Source: Alphaproteobacteria bacterium (lineage in GTDB: Bacteria; Pseudomonadota; Alphaproteobacteria; GCA-2731375). Taken from it: DNA of 64,000 nucleotides. A program made the position numbers and the translations under genes. The DNA lies in the NCBI GenBank assembly GCA_965232515.1, contig CBDDPY010000002.1:6624001-6688000 (forward strand). The letters are read 5' to 3'. Below are positions 49,805 to 60,583 of the stretch, one piece after another. Below the pieces are notes generated by a model. It saw nothing but the letters and a program-made list of their open reading frames with translations, was not told the origin of the DNA and ran no database searches. Every line of letters starts with the position of its first letter. Position 1 is the first letter of the stretch.

Positions 49805-50596
49805 TCAGCGATCCTTGAGCAAAGCCGCCGCCAGGCCTTCGATATCCTCGGCCACCGGCTCTGTCGGGTAGCGGTTCAGGAACGCTGTCTGGCGTCGGAT
49901 ACACTCGCGCACCTTGTCGTCGCGCCGAACGATGCCGGCGAGCGGCGGCGACAGCTTCAGGAAGTTTCGGCACGCCTTGCGCAGGGTTTCAAATGTCCGT
50001 TCGCCCTGCTTCAGGTTCGCCGCCATGTTGATGGCGATCCGGATGTCGGCCTTCGGCGCCTTCATCGCCGTGACCTTGATGTAGGCATAGGCATCGGTCA
50101 GCGAGGTCGGCTCGTCGGTCGCCAGCACCAGCGTGGTGCCGGCCTTCGGCGATAGCGCGCGAATGCCGGCTTCGACACCGGCGCCAAGGTCAAGGACCAC
50201 GTTGTCGTATTGCTGCGACAGACGCCACAAATCCTGCTGGATCGACTTCATGCGCTGGGCGTCGAGATCGGCCAGAACGCCGGAGCCGGACTTGCCGGCC
50301 AGGATGTCGAAGCCGCCATCGTCGAAGCGCGTGACCGCGTCCCGCATCGCGGCCTGTCCGCTGGCCACGTCGCCCAGGTCCTTCGTAACCTCGAGACCGA
50401 GCTGGATATCGACATTCGCCAGGCCGAGATCGCCGTCGAACAGCAGGGCCCGCCGTCCCTGCCGCGCCAGCGCGTGGGCCAGCGAAATCGCCAGCCAGGT
50501 CTTGCCGACGCCACCCTTGCCCGATGCAATCGTGATGACGTTGGCGCCGGGCGCGCTGCTGGCCGGATGAACGGCGGTGCGTGGAGCGGCGGTCAT
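49805..50596 (-). CDS. flhG: MinD-like ATPase FlhG/FleN
   Basis: SGKGGVGKT, DGDLGLANVD, EPTSLTDAYA. Confidence 0.92.
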   Translation of the reverse strand: MTAAPRTAVHPASSAPGANVITIASGKGGVGKTWLAISLAHALARQGRRALLFDGDLGLANVDIQLGLEVTKDLGDVASGQAAMRDAVTRFDDGGFDILAGKSGSGVLADLDAQRMKSIQQDLWRLSQQYDNVVLDLGAGVEAGIRALSPKAGTTLVLATDEPTSLTDAYAYIKVTAMKAPKADIRIAINMAANLKQGERTFETLRKACRNFLKLSPPLAGIVRRDDKVRECIRRQTAFLNRYPTEPVAEDIEGLAAALLKDR

Positions 50597-51582
50597 GTTT
50601 CGTTTACTCCGAATTCCTGCAGGTCGGCACTGGCTTGCGGGTCCTGGGTCAACACGCGCGACAACGACATCGGGTTCAGTGGCCTCAGGCCCTGTGCGAC
50701 CGACGGCGTGATGCTGACTTCGGTGAAGGCGAGGTCGCCGGCCAGGGCCGCCGTCAGCATGGCGCCGATGCGGCGGGCCGCGTCAAGGCGGGTGACGATG
50801 AGCTTGCGGCAGCCGATCCGGGCGAACTGTTCCGCCGTCTCGGCCGCCTCGGCCGGGTCGGCGCTGGCGGTCAGGACAAGGATCGGCTCGACCTTCGCCG
50901 TCTTGATGAAAGCCGCCAGATCGGACATTTCGGACTCGTCAAACGGATTGGTGCCCGGCGAGTCGATGACCAGCGCGGTGTCGCCCTGTGCCTCCGCGGC
51001 GCGGCGAAGCTCGCCCGGCGAGTCCGCCATCATCAGCGGTTGCTCCAGCAGCGAGGTATAGGCTTCCAACTGAGCAATGGCGCCGGCGCGGACGGTATCC
51101 GTCGTGGCAACCGTAACGGCGCCGCCCTGAAGAACCGTGCGCGCGGCCAGCTTGGCGACGCAGACGGTCTTGCCCACGCCGGGCGGTCCGACCAGCATAA
51201 TCGGCCGGGCCGCCGGATCGGCGCGGTTGGCGAAGGAAAAATAGTTGTCGAGCGCACCGGCCAGCGCCGCCGTCGGATCCGCGGTCGGCATGTCGCCGGC
51301 GCAGGCGATCAGCCGCGACCGTAGCCGCACCGGCACGCCATGATAGTCCAGCATGTCGTGCAGCGGCGTCGGCTCGGCCGGCGCTTCCGCCGGCTCCGAC
51401 TTGGACAGGCTGGCGCTGAGATCGCGGTCGGCCTGCGGCTCGTCCATCGCCGCGGTGATCTGCACGCCACGACCGCGTCGGCTGCGGTGCGTCGAGACAA
51501 TGATGGCGTCGGGACCGAGCGCGGCGCGGACCTGCGCCATGGCCTCGGTCATCGTGGCGGCATTGAAGGAACGGACACGCAT
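50593..51582 (-). CDS. flhF: SRP-family GTPase FlhF
   Basis: EAMAQVR..LG.DA.I, GPPGVGKT, DTVRAGA, TRLD. Confidence 0.92.
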   Translation of the reverse strand: MRVRSFNAATMTEAMAQVRAALGPDAIIVSTHRSRRGRGVQITAAMDEPQADRDLSASLSKSEPAEAPAEPTPLHDMLDYHGVPVRLRSRLIACAGDMPTADPTAALAGALDNYFSFANRADPAARPIMLVGPPGVGKTVCVAKLAARTVLQGGAVTVATTDTVRAGAIAQLEAYTSLLEQPLMMADSPGELRRAAEAQGDTALVIDSPGTNPFDESEMSDLAAFIKTAKVEPILVLTASADPAEAAETAEQFARIGCRKLIVTRLDAARRIGAMLTAALAGDLAFTEVSITPSVAQGLRPLNPMSLSRVLTQDPQASADLQEFGVNET

Positions 51583-51597
51583 GCCAAACTCGGAACG

Positions 51598-53712
51598 CTA
51601 AACCTGGGCCAAGGTGCGGATCTTGGCCTGGGGATGGATCTCGTTTTGCGAGAGCACCATCGTCGATGGCCGGAAGCGCTCGATGATCGAGCGCACGAAG
51701 GGGCGGATCGCCGGACTGGTCAGCAGCACCGGTATCTCGCCCTGCTGGTTGACCTCGTCGAGCACCTGCCGCACGCGAGCAATGAATTCCTGCAGCCGGC
51801 TGGGGGCCATGGCGAGCTGCCGATCGTCGCCCTGACCGATCACGGACTCGGCGAAGGCCTGCTCCCATTCCGGCGACAGGGTGATCAGCGGCACGTAGCC
51901 GTTGGCCGTGGTGGTTGCGTGACTGATCTGCCGCGCCAGGCGGGCGCGGACATGCTCTGCGATCTGCACGATGTTCTGCGTGAAGCCGACGGCCTCGGCG
52001 ATGCCTTCGAGAATGGTCGGCAGGTCGCGGACGGACACGCGTTCGGCCAGCAGTCGCTGGAGGACGCGCTGGATCGCCGTGATCGAGATCTGCGACGGCA
52101 CGATGTCGTCCACCAGCTTGCTGTGCTGCGGTGGCAGATCGTCCAGCAGTTTTTGCGTCGCGGCGTAGGACAACAGGTCGGCCATGTTGTCCTTGATCAG
52201 CTCCGTCAAATGCGTCGTCACCACGGTGGCGGCGTCGACCACCGTGTAGCCGCGGAACGACGCCTCCTCGCGCAGCGTTTCGTCGACCCACATGGCGGGC
52301 AGCCCGAAGGCCGGCTCGGTGGTGGGTTCTCCCTGCAGGCTGATCTTGCCGCCGGTCGGGTCCATGACCAGCAGCTTGCCGGTGCGCAGCTCGCCACGGG
52401 CCGCCTCGACCTCCTTGACGCGAATGGCATATTCGTCGGCCGAAAGCTGCATGTTGTCGAGGATGCGGACCGACGGCATGACGAAGCCGACGTCGCTGGC
52501 GATCTGCCGGCGCAGGGCCTTGATCTGGTCGGTCAGCCGGTAGCCCTGGTTGTTGTTGATCAGGCCCAGCAGGCCATAACCCAGCTCGATGCGCAGATCG
52601 TCGATGGCGAGCGCCGTCGAGATCGGCTCCTCGACCGGCTCCTCCGATTCCTTGGCCTCCGCCTCGGCCTGCGCCTCCTCGACTACGGCGATCGCCCGCT
52701 TGCGGGTCAAATGCCAGGCGAAGCCGCCGGTGACGGCGGCCAGCAGCAGGAACGGCAGCATCGGAATGCCGGGCAGCAGCGCCAGGCACAGCAGCAGGAA
52801 GGCGCTCAATCCCAGGCCGCGCGGATAGTTGCCCAGCTGGCCGAACAACGCCTTGTCCGTCGGTCCGGCGAGACCGGCCTTCGAGACCAGAAGGCCGGCG
52901 GCGGTCGAGACGATCAGTGCCGGGATCTGGGTGACGAGGCCATCGCCGACGGTCAGCAGGGTGTAGGTCTGGGAAGCCTGCTTGAAGGTCAGATCGTTCT
53001 GGGCGACGCCGACGATGATGCCGCCGACCACGTTGATCACGGTAATCAGCAGGCCGGCGATGGCGTCGCCGCGCACGAACTTGGCGGCGCCGTCCATGGC
53101 GCCGAAAAAGGTGCTTTCGTCCTCCAGGTCCTTGCGTCGCCGGCGGGCTTCGTCCTCGTCGATCATGCCGGCCGAGAGGTCGGCGTCGATCGCCATCTGC
53201 TTGCCCGGCATGGCGTCCAGGCTGAAGCGCGCGGCGACCTCGGCGATGCGGCCGGAACCCTTGGTGATGACGACGAAATTGACGATCACCAGAATCGCGA
53301 AAACGATGATTCCGATCACGAAGTTGCCGCTCATGACGAAGCCGCCGAAAGCTTCGATGACATCGCCGGCGGCGCTCGTTCCCTCGTGACCGTCGCTCAG
53401 GATCAGGCGTGTCGAGGCCATGTTGAGGGCCAGCCGCAGCATCGTCGCCAGCAACAGCACGGTCGGAAATGAGCTGAACTCGAGCGGTCGCCCGATGAAC
53501 AGGCAGGTCATCAGGATCAGCACGGAGAAGGTGATCGAGATGGCCAGCGAGATGTCGAGCAGCCAGCTCGGCATCGGCAGGATCAGGACGACGAGGATGC
53601 AGGCAACGGCCAGCGCCAGCGCGATATCGCTCTGGCGCAGACGCTGCAAGGTCGCCTGCACGAAATCGCCGCCCTCGGCCGGTTTCGCCGGAGCTGCGTT
53701 GCCCTCGCTCAT
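51598..53712 (-). CDS. flhA: Flagellar biosynthesis protein FlhA
   Basis: RFSLDAMPGKQMAIDADL, GAMDGAAKFVRGD. Confidence 0.98.
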   Translation of the reverse strand: MSEGNAAPAKPAEGGDFVQATLQRLRQSDIALALAVACILVVLILPMPSWLLDISLAISITFSVLILMTCLFIGRPLEFSSFPTVLLLATMLRLALNMASTRLILSDGHEGTSAAGDVIEAFGGFVMSGNFVIGIIVFAILVIVNFVVITKGSGRIAEVAARFSLDAMPGKQMAIDADLSAGMIDEDEARRRRKDLEDESTFFGAMDGAAKFVRGDAIAGLLITVINVVGGIIVGVAQNDLTFKQASQTYTLLTVGDGLVTQIPALIVSTAAGLLVSKAGLAGPTDKALFGQLGNYPRGLGLSAFLLLCLALLPGIPMLPFLLLAAVTGGFAWHLTRKRAIAVVEEAQAEAEAKESEEPVEEPISTALAIDDLRIELGYGLLGLINNNQGYRLTDQIKALRRQIASDVGFVMPSVRILDNMQLSADEYAIRVKEVEAARGELRTGKLLVMDPTGGKISLQGEPTTEPAFGLPAMWVDETLREEASFRGYTVVDAATVVTTHLTELIKDNMADLLSYAATQKLLDDLPPQHSKLVDDIVPSQISITAIQRVLQRLLAERVSVRDLPTILEGIAEAVGFTQNIVQIAEHVRARLARQISHATTTANGYVPLITLSPEWEQAFAESVIGQGDDRQLAMAPSRLQEFIARVRQVLDEVNQQGEIPVLLTSPAIRPFVRSIIERFRPSTMVLSQNEIHPQAKIRTLAQV

Positions 53713-53730
53713 CCCCCAAGTGTCCCTGCG

Positions 53731-55101
53731 TTAGATGCCCGCCGGATTGGTCTCGCCGGGCATCGGCACGCGAACGCCGTCCTCGCTGTACTGCTTCAGC
53801 TTGTTGCGCAGCGTGCGGATCGAGATGCCGAGTATGTTGGCCGCATGCGTGCGGTTGCCGAGGCAGTGATAGAGGGTGTCGATGATCAACTCGCGCTCGA
53901 CGTCGGCGACGGTCCGTCCGACCATCAACGCGCCGGCGCCGTCTTGCGCGGCCGCGCCGGAAGCCGTGTCGCCGAGCGGCGTTCCGAGCGCGCTGGCGCG
54001 CTGGCCGTCCGGCGTCATGATCGCCTGCGGGCCGATCTCATCGCCGTCGGCGAGCAGCACGGCGCGGTGGATCGTGTTCTCCAGCTCGCGGACATTGCCC
54101 GGCCATTGATGGTTGGCCAGCAGTTCGAAGGTCGGCTCGGCCAGGGGCCGGACGGGCACGCCATTGGCGTCTGCATACTTGCGGGCGAAGTGCTCGGCCA
54201 GCAGCCGGATGTCCTTCTGACGCTCGCGCAGAGAGGGAATGCGCAGGTTGACGACATTCAGGCGGAACAGCAGATCTTCGCGAAAGGAACCTTCCTTCAC
54301 GGCTTCGGCGAGGTCGCGGTTCGAGGTGGCGATCAGCCGGATGTTGATCTTGATCGGCTTGGTGCCGCCGACCCGGTCGATCTCGCGTTCCTGAATGGCG
54401 CGCAGCAGCTTGGCCTGCAGCCGCGGGTCCATCTCGCTGATTTCATCGAGCAGCAGGGTGCCGCCGTTGGCCTCCTCGAACTTGCCGATGCGGCGCGCGA
54501 CGGCGCCGGTAAAGGCGCCTTTTTCGTGGCCGAACAGCTCACTTTCGAGCAGGTTCTCGGGAATGGCCGCGCAGTTGACCGAGATGAACGGCATCGAGGC
54601 CCGGTTACTCTTGCGGTGGACGTAGCGGGCCATCACCTCCTTGCCGGTGCCGGACTCGCCGGTGACCAGCACGCTCGCCTCGCTGGCGGCGACCTGATCG
54701 GCCAGCGCCACCACTTGGGCCATGGCGCCATCCTCGAAGATGAAGGCGTGGTTCTCCTCGGTGACGGCTTCCAGCACGGCCGCGATGAGTTCGGGGTCGG
54801 GCGGCAGCGGGATGTATTCCTTGGCGCCGGCACGGATCGCGCTGACCGCGGCCTCGGTGTCGGAACGGATGCCGCAGGCCACGACCGGCACATTGATGCG
54901 CTCCGAGTTCAGGCTTTCGAGGAAGCCGGCAATATCGTGACCGACCTCCATCATCACCAGCTCGGCGCCCTGTCCGGTCCGCAGATGATTCAGCGCCACC
55001 TCAGGCGTCTCGGCGTGCGCCACCTTGGCGCCGCGGGTCATGGCGATCTTGGTCGCGGCGGCGACCTGACCGTCCAGTGAGCCGATGATGAGCAACCGCA
55101 T
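53731..55101 (-). CDS. flbD: Sigma-54 activator FlbD
   Basis: GESGTGKE, GAFTGA, Fis-type HTH; atypical receiver like Caulobacter FlbD. Confidence 0.94.
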   Translation of the reverse strand: MRLLIIGSLDGQVAAATKIAMTRGAKVAHAETPEVALNHLRTGQGAELVMMEVGHDIAGFLESLNSERINVPVVACGIRSDTEAAVSAIRAGAKEYIPLPPDPELIAAVLEAVTEENHAFIFEDGAMAQVVALADQVAASEASVLVTGESGTGKEVMARYVHRKSNRASMPFISVNCAAIPENLLESELFGHEKGAFTGAVARRIGKFEEANGGTLLLDEISEMDPRLQAKLLRAIQEREIDRVGGTKPIKINIRLIATSNRDLAEAVKEGSFREDLLFRLNVVNLRIPSLRERQKDIRLLAEHFARKYADANGVPVRPLAEPTFELLANHQWPGNVRELENTIHRAVLLADGDEIGPQAIMTPDGQRASALGTPLGDTASGAAAQDGAGALMVGRTVADVERELIIDTLYHCLGNRTHAANILGISIRTLRNKLKQYSEDGVRVPMPGETNPAGI

Positions 55102-55136
55102 TTCTTAACGTCTCCGGTGGGTCGATTTCAGTTCGA

Positions 55137-55904
55137 TCATTTGAAGTAGGCGACGCGCTTGGCCGGCGGCAGCAGCGCGTTGAGCAGCATTTCCAGCCGC
55201 CGCGGGTTCTCCTGCCGACCGATCGAGGCCGCGGCCAGCAGGTAGACATTGCTGACGAGGACCTCTTCCTCGGAGTTCCGCTCCAGCTTCGTGGCCAGCG
55301 GCGAGAACACCATGTTGGCCAGGATCGCCCCGTAGAACGTGGTCAGCAGCGCGACCGCCATGCTCGGGCCGATGGTCGATGGATCTTCCAGGTTGCCGAG
55401 CATCTGCACCAGCCCAACCAGCGTGCCGATCAAGCCCATCGCCGGGGCGACCTCGGCGGCCTTGCGAAAGACGCCGGCGCTGCGCAGGTGGCGGTAGGAC
55501 GTGGCGCTGACCTCGCCCCGCAGGATGCGTTCGACCTCCTCGCCGGGCATGCCGTCGACAACCATGTTCAATGCTTTCGACAGGAATGGCTGGTTGCCGA
55601 TGCGGTCGATCGCCGGCTGCAGCGACAGGATGCCCGACTTGCGGGCGCCCTCGGCCAGCTGCAGCATCTGGATCGCGGCGAGGCGGGCGTCGGGGCGCCG
55701 ATCCGAGAGGGCGTAGAACAGCACGCGCGGCGCGCGCAGCACCTCGTCGATCGAGAAGCAGATCGCGGTCACCGAAAACGTGCCGCCGAAGACGATCAGA
55801 ATCGCCGGCACATCGACAAAGGATCCCGGCGAGCCGCCCAGCACCATGGCCAGGCCGACCAGGCTGAAGCCGCCGATCAGGCCGAGGATGGTGGCTATGT
55901 CCAT
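55137..55904 (-). CDS. motA: Flagellar stator subunit MotA/PomA
   Basis: APAMGLIGTLVGLV.ML, MAVALLTTFYG. Confidence 0.92.
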   Translation of the reverse strand: MDIATILGLIGGFSLVGLAMVLGGSPGSFVDVPAILIVFGGTFSVTAICFSIDEVLRAPRVLFYALSDRRPDARLAAIQMLQLAEGARKSGILSLQPAIDRIGNQPFLSKALNMVVDGMPGEEVERILRGEVSATSYRHLRSAGVFRKAAEVAPAMGLIGTLVGLVQMLGNLEDPSTIGPSMAVALLTTFYGAILANMVFSPLATKLERNSEEEVLVSNVYLLAAASIGRQENPRRLEMLLNALLPPAKRVAYFK

Positions 55905-55971
55905 CTGTACGCCTCCCGGGTCCGGCTATGTCCTGTCGCGATCATCCTGCAACGTCCGATGGGTTTCTCGA

Positions 55972-56334
55972 TTAGTGCCGTTCGGCCTTGATGATCTCGG
56001 TCATGGTCACACCCAGACGGTCCTCGACCACGACGACCTCGCCGCGTGCGACCAGGCGGTTGTTCACATAGATGTCGATCGCCTCGCCGACCTTGCGGTC
56101 CAGTTCGACGACGGCGCCGCGGCCCAGCTTCAGCAGGGAACTGACCTGCATCGTCGACTTGCCGAGCACGGCCGAAACGTTGACGGGAATGTCGTAGACG
56201 GCGGCAAGGTCGTTGGCGGTCTTGACCTCGTCCTGCTGCTCGGGTTCGGCCAGGACCGCCGACGCTTCGCCGTCTTCCTCGCTCGGCGCCTCGGCCGGAT
56301 CGAGTTCTTCGAGATTAAGATCGTCGTCAGCCAT
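55972..56334 (-). CDS. fliN: Flagellar motor switch FliN
   Basis: DIPV.VSAVLG, VARGEVVVV. Confidence 0.95.
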   Translation of the reverse strand: MADDDLNLEELDPAEAPSEEDGEASAVLAEPEQQDEVKTANDLAAVYDIPVNVSAVLGKSTMQVSSLLKLGRGAVVELDRKVGEAIDIYVNNRLVARGEVVVVEDRLGVTMTEIIKAERH

Positions 56335-56343
56335 CAGGCTCTC

Positions 56344-57204
56344 CTATTCATCGGCCGCGGGCGCCGTGTCGGCCTGTTCGGCCGGCGGCGGCGTGGCGTC
56401 CGACCGGCCCGTCAGAGGCGGCAGCGCGTCGTTTGCCAATGGGTCGTCGGGGTCGATGTCGTCGGCCGGGGGCCGCGCTTCCGGCGCCGGCTCCTCGGTC
56501 TCGGCCGTGGTCGCCGGGGCGTCGTCTGCGGTCGGCGGCTCCGCGGCTTCCGGCAGCTCGGCTGCCGCCTCCGCCTGCAGACCGAGGTAACGCTGGACGG
56601 CCTCGCCGACGTCGTTCAGGAGAACGGCCATATCGCGTTCCGCGCCACCGTCGGGCCATTCGATCCGGCAGTCGCCGATCGCCATCTGGGGCTCGCCGAT
56701 CAGCACGATTTTGCCGGCGAAGCCGGTCGAGGTCGAAAGCTGTCCGATCCGTTCGTGCAGCGGCTCGACCAGATCTTCGGCCACGCGGATGACGATGCGC
56801 GGTTCGGCCTGCAGTCGTCCGAGGCACTCGCCGACCAGGTTTTCGATCTCGCCCAGCGGTTCGCGCTCGATCAATCCGGCGGCCAGCCGGTCGGCGATGT
56901 TGAAGGCCAGCCGGGCGGCGTCGGCCCGGATGTTCACGATCGCCCGTTCGTGCGCGCCGCCGAGATGCGCGATCTGTTCGGCGATCTGTTGCAGCGCGTC
57001 GGCGGCGGTCTTCTCGATTTCGCCAAGCGCGTGCTGCACGCCGAGTTCGAATCCGGCTTTCTGGCCCTCGCCGCGGGCGGCGGCCAAGTCGTCGTCGGTG
57101 TATTGGGGCTTCGGCTTCGCTCTCGCCTTGGCCGCCTGCGACAGCTCCTCCGTCGAGGTCGGATCGAACTCGTTGTCGAACAGGAATTTCGCGGACGTGG
57201 TCAT
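56344..57204 (-). CDS. fliH: Flagellar assembly protein FliH
   Basis: KFLFDNEF, GxxxG repeats, GDCRIEW.DGG. Confidence 0.9.
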   Translation of the reverse strand: MTTSAKFLFDNEFDPTSTEELSQAAKARAKPKPQYTDDDLAAARGEGQKAGFELGVQHALGEIEKTAADALQQIAEQIAHLGGAHERAIVNIRADAARLAFNIADRLAAGLIEREPLGEIENLVGECLGRLQAEPRIVIRVAEDLVEPLHERIGQLSTSTGFAGKIVLIGEPQMAIGDCRIEWPDGGAERDMAVLLNDVGEAVQRYLGLQAEAAAELPEAAEPPTADDAPATTAETEEPAPEARPPADDIDPDDPLANDALPPLTGRSDATPPPAEQADTAPAADE

Positions 57205-57214
57205 GGCCGGGCGC

Positions 57215-58231
57215 TCAATAGATCAGCTCGTCGTCTTCTTTGTTGTCGGCGAGCATGATTTCGCCGCGCTCGGCCAGGTCCTTGGCGATGTTCACGATCT
57301 CCATCTGCGCTTCGTCGACGTCCTTGAGACGCACCGGGCCCATGGCGTCCATGTCCTCGCGCAGGATCTTCGCCGCGCGCTCGGACATGTTCGAGAAGAA
57401 CAGATCGCGCAAGGCCTCCGACGATCCCTTCAGCGCCAGGCCCAGCTTGTCCTTCTCGACGCCGCGCAGCAGGGTCTGGACACCGCCCGGGTCGAGCTTG
57501 ATCAGGTCCTCGAACGTGAACATCAGGGCCTTGATCTTTTCGGCCGACTCGCGGCTGCGCTCTTCCAACGAGGTGATGAAACGGCTCTCCGTCGCCCGGT
57601 CCAGATTGTTGAAGATGTCGGCCATCATCTCGTGCGCGTCGCGCCGATTGGTCCGCGCCAGATTGCTCATGAATTCGATCCGGAGCGTGCGCTCGACCTT
57701 GTCCAGAATGTCTTTCTGCACGGATTCCATGCGCAGCATGCGGGTGATGACTTCCATGGCGAAGTCTTCCGGCAGCTCCGACAGCACGCGCGAGGCATGA
57801 TCGGGCCGGATCTTCGTCAGCACCACGGCGACCGTCTGCGGGTATTCGTTCTTGAGATAGTTGGCCAGCACCGTCTCGTTGACGTTGCCGAGCTTGTCCC
57901 ACATGGTGCGGCCGGCCGGCCCGCGGATCTCCTCCATGATCAGCTCGACGCGGTCGTCGGGCAGGATCTTGGCCAACAGCCGCTCGGTATTGTTCATCGA
58001 GCCGACCAGCGAGCCGGTCGACGCCATCTGGCTGACGAATTCCATGAACAGCTGCTCGACGGTGTCGGAGTCGATCTGGCCGAGGCTGGACATGGCCAGC
58101 GTAATTTCCTTGATCTCGTCGTCGTCCATCAGCTGCCAGAGCTGCAGGCCGTGCTCTTCGCCCAGCGCGAGCATGATGACGGCGGCTTTTTCGGCGCCGG
58201 AAAGTTGGATGCGAGCGGCAGCGGGTGGCAT
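57215..58231 (-). CDS. fliG: Flagellar motor switch FliG
   Basis: EYPQTVA, MFTFEDL, NMSERAA. Confidence 0.97.
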   Translation of the reverse strand: MPPAAARIQLSGAEKAAVIMLALGEEHGLQLWQLMDDDEIKEITLAMSSLGQIDSDTVEQLFMEFVSQMASTGSLVGSMNNTERLLAKILPDDRVELIMEEIRGPAGRTMWDKLGNVNETVLANYLKNEYPQTVAVVLTKIRPDHASRVLSELPEDFAMEVITRMLRMESVQKDILDKVERTLRIEFMSNLARTNRRDAHEMMADIFNNLDRATESRFITSLEERSRESAEKIKALMFTFEDLIKLDPGGVQTLLRGVEKDKLGLALKGSSEALRDLFFSNMSERAAKILREDMDAMGPVRLKDVDEAQMEIVNIAKDLAERGEIMLADNKEDDELIY

Positions 58232-58246
58232 CTCTCGATCCCTCGA

Positions 58247-59980
58247 TCAGGTTTCCTGGTACATCCAGGACCGGAAGACCGCGACGGCGTCCTCCGGGTG
58301 CTTGTCGACGAGCTCGCCGATCTTGCGGATCGACGACTCCTTCACCCGCCCTTCGATCTTGTCGAGGTCGATCCCGCCGTCCTCTTCGTCGCCACCGCCA
58401 CCGCCACCACCGCCGCCGTCGACCTGGGCCATCACCATGGCGCGGGCCTCGTCGGCCGACATCTCGCCGGACTCGATGGCGGCGATGATCTCGGGATTGG
58501 CCAGCATGGCCTTCTCGGCTTCGGCATGCGTCAACTGGGGATGGCCGCCCGGACCGGGAAGCTGTGGCGTCTCCGGTTCCGGCGGCGGCTGGAAGGCGGC
58601 CGCGATCAGGGGCCTCAGCACCAACAGCATGGCCAGCAGGGCGACAATGACGAAGGCCGTGATCTCGCCGATGCGGAACAGGTCGCTCTTGTTGAGGCCC
58701 AGGAAGCCTTCATCGAGCGGCAGGCCGTCCAGATCCTCGTCGGGCCGGACGAACTGCATCGAGACGACCTCGACCACGTCGCCGCGCGCCTCGTCGAAGC
58801 CAATCGACGATTTCACCAGCGCGGCGATCTGCGCCAGTTCTTCCTCGCCGCGCGGCTTGTAGGTCGCCTGACCGTCCTCTGCCGTCTCGTAGGCGCCGTC
58901 GACCAGCACCGCGACGGACAGCCGGTTTACCGTCCCCGACTCGCGCACGCGCGTCTGGACGGTCCGTGAGATCTCGTAGTTGACCGTCTCCTCGAGGCGC
59001 TCTGACTGGCTTGCCGCGGTGTCGCCGGGTGTCGCCTCGGTGTCGGCGGTGGGCAGGTTGTTGCCGACGGTGACGGTTTTATCGGCGTTGGCCTCGCTGG
59101 AGCTTGCCGTCTCCTCGATGGTCTGTGTCGAGCGGGCGACCTGGCTCTCGGGATCGTACTCCTCGGAATTCGTCGTCACGCGGTCGAAATTCATGACCGC
59201 CGAGACCTGCGCCCGGACCTTGCCGGCGCCGACGGACTGCTCGACCAAGCCCTCGATCTGGTGCTTCAGGCGGTTTTCATAGGCCAGCTGCAGGTCGGCG
59301 AGACGGCTGGCGCCGCCTGTCGTACCCTCGTCCTCGCCGCGGGACAGCAGGTTGCCTTTGCCGTCGACGATGGAAACCCGGGAAGGCTCGAGATCCGGCA
59401 CGGCCGAGGAGATCAGATGCTGGATCGCCTGGACCTGCGGCGCGCCCAGCCGGGATCCGCCGCGCAGCTTCAGAATGATCGATGCGCTTGGCTCCGGCTT
59501 GTCCCGGCTGAACAGCTCGCGCCGCGGCAGCACCAGGTGAACGCGGGCGGCGGCGACCCGGTCGATGGTTTGGATCGTGCGCGACAACTCGCCTTCAAGG
59601 GCGCGCAGATGGTTCAGGTTCTGAACGAAGCTGGTCGTGCCCAGCGAGTCGCTGCGGTCGAACAGCTCATAGCCCAACGAGCCGCCGCTCGGCAGACCTT
59701 CCTCGGCCATGGTCAGGCGCAGCCGCAGAACCTGGTTTTCGGGCACGTGTACGTTGCGGCCCTGGTTCGAGAGCTCGAAGGGCACGTTCATGGTTTCGAG
59801 CCGGCCGACGATGCTGCCGGCATCCTCGACGGTCAGATCGGCGAACAGCAGGCTCATGTGCGGCGCGGCGAGCCGCGCCGACAGCATCACGAAGCCGGTG
59901 ATCAGCAGGGCGGCGATCGTGCCCATGACCAGCAGCTTGGCGGGGCCAAGGGATCGAAGTGTCGTGATAAGACTGTTCAC
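58247..59980 (-). CDS. fliF: Flagellar M-ring protein FliF
   Basis: GYELFD, RALEGEL, PSASI, NYEIS. Confidence 0.97.
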   Translation of the reverse strand: MNSLITTLRSLGPAKLLVMGTIAALLITGFVMLSARLAAPHMSLLFADLTVEDAGSIVGRLETMNVPFELSNQGRNVHVPENQVLRLRLTMAEEGLPSGGSLGYELFDRSDSLGTTSFVQNLNHLRALEGELSRTIQTIDRVAAARVHLVLPRRELFSRDKPEPSASIILKLRGGSRLGAPQVQAIQHLISSAVPDLEPSRVSIVDGKGNLLSRGEDEGTTGGASRLADLQLAYENRLKHQIEGLVEQSVGAGKVRAQVSAVMNFDRVTTNSEEYDPESQVARSTQTIEETASSSEANADKTVTVGNNLPTADTEATPGDTAASQSERLEETVNYEISRTVQTRVRESGTVNRLSVAVLVDGAYETAEDGQATYKPRGEEELAQIAALVKSSIGFDEARGDVVEVVSMQFVRPDEDLDGLPLDEGFLGLNKSDLFRIGEITAFVIVALLAMLLVLRPLIAAAFQPPPEPETPQLPGPGGHPQLTHAEAEKAMLANPEIIAAIESGEMSADEARAMVMAQVDGGGGGGGGGDEEDGGIDLDKIEGRVKESSIRKIGELVDKHPEDAVAVFRSWMYQET

Positions 59981-60216
59981 GTCTGGGACTACCGCACGCT
60001 AGAACCTGGCTACCGGCAATCGGGGACGCCAATCGGATGGTCGTCCGCCCGCCTGTCCGGTGCGGAAAATCTTGCCTAGTCGTCGTGAAAAACCGGTTAA
60101 CGACAGGAAGATATTGCCCAGTCTCCGGCGCCGGCTGTCGCGGTTTAGCCTTGCTTGCGGTGTCTCGGTCGTGGGCGGAGCGGGGCGTTTCGAAGCCCGC
60201 CGTCCAGTCGGGCGGA

Positions 60217-60552
60217 TCAGTTCTTGGTCGAGTTGCCCGAGCGGCTGTCCTCGGCGTCCCGGTAGAGCTGGACGCGCGTGGTCCGCAGACCCGGCAGGCC
60301 GAAGTTGTCGATGGCGCGCTGCCAGGACAGATACTCCTCCACCGACAGCTCGTAACGCGCGCAGGCGTCTTCCAGGCTGATCAGGCCCCCGCGCACGGCG
60401 GCAACGACCTGCGCTTTGCGCCGGATGACCCAACGTTTTGTGTTGGGCGGCGGCAGATCGTCGATCGTCAGCGGTTCCCCATGGGGACCGATAACGGATC
60501 GAGGCCCGTGGATATCGGTGTCCGTCATACTGGTGACCTGGAACTCATTCAT
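60217..60552 (-). CDS. sciP: CtrA inhibitor SciP (DUF1153)
   Basis: GP.G.PLT..DLPP.NT.RWV.RRKA.VV.AV.GGL. Confidence 0.95.
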   Translation of the reverse strand: MNEFQVTSMTDTDIHGPRSVIGPHGEPLTIDDLPPPNTKRWVIRRKAQVVAAVRGGLISLEDACARYELSVEEYLSWQRAIDNFGLPGLRTTRVQLYRDAEDSRSGNSTKN

Positions 60553-60583
60553 CTTTGATGGCCTGGAGGGTACGCGTTTCCGT

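Noticed and set aside
50939-53719. 926-aa alternative-frame ORF over flhA (and similar long ORFs at 40325-42877, 29262-31508, 56711-58969)
   Set aside because: Arg/Pro/Gly-rich shadow or antisense frames typical of high-GC DNA, overlapping confident genes
55137-55904. motA without adjacent motB as a defect
   Set aside because: Unlinked motA and motB are common in alphaproteobacteria; motB may lie outside the window
58385-58420. Poly-Gly tract in FliF as a phase-variable repeat
   Set aside because: Mixed GGC/GGT codons in frame; an ordinary low-complexity linker
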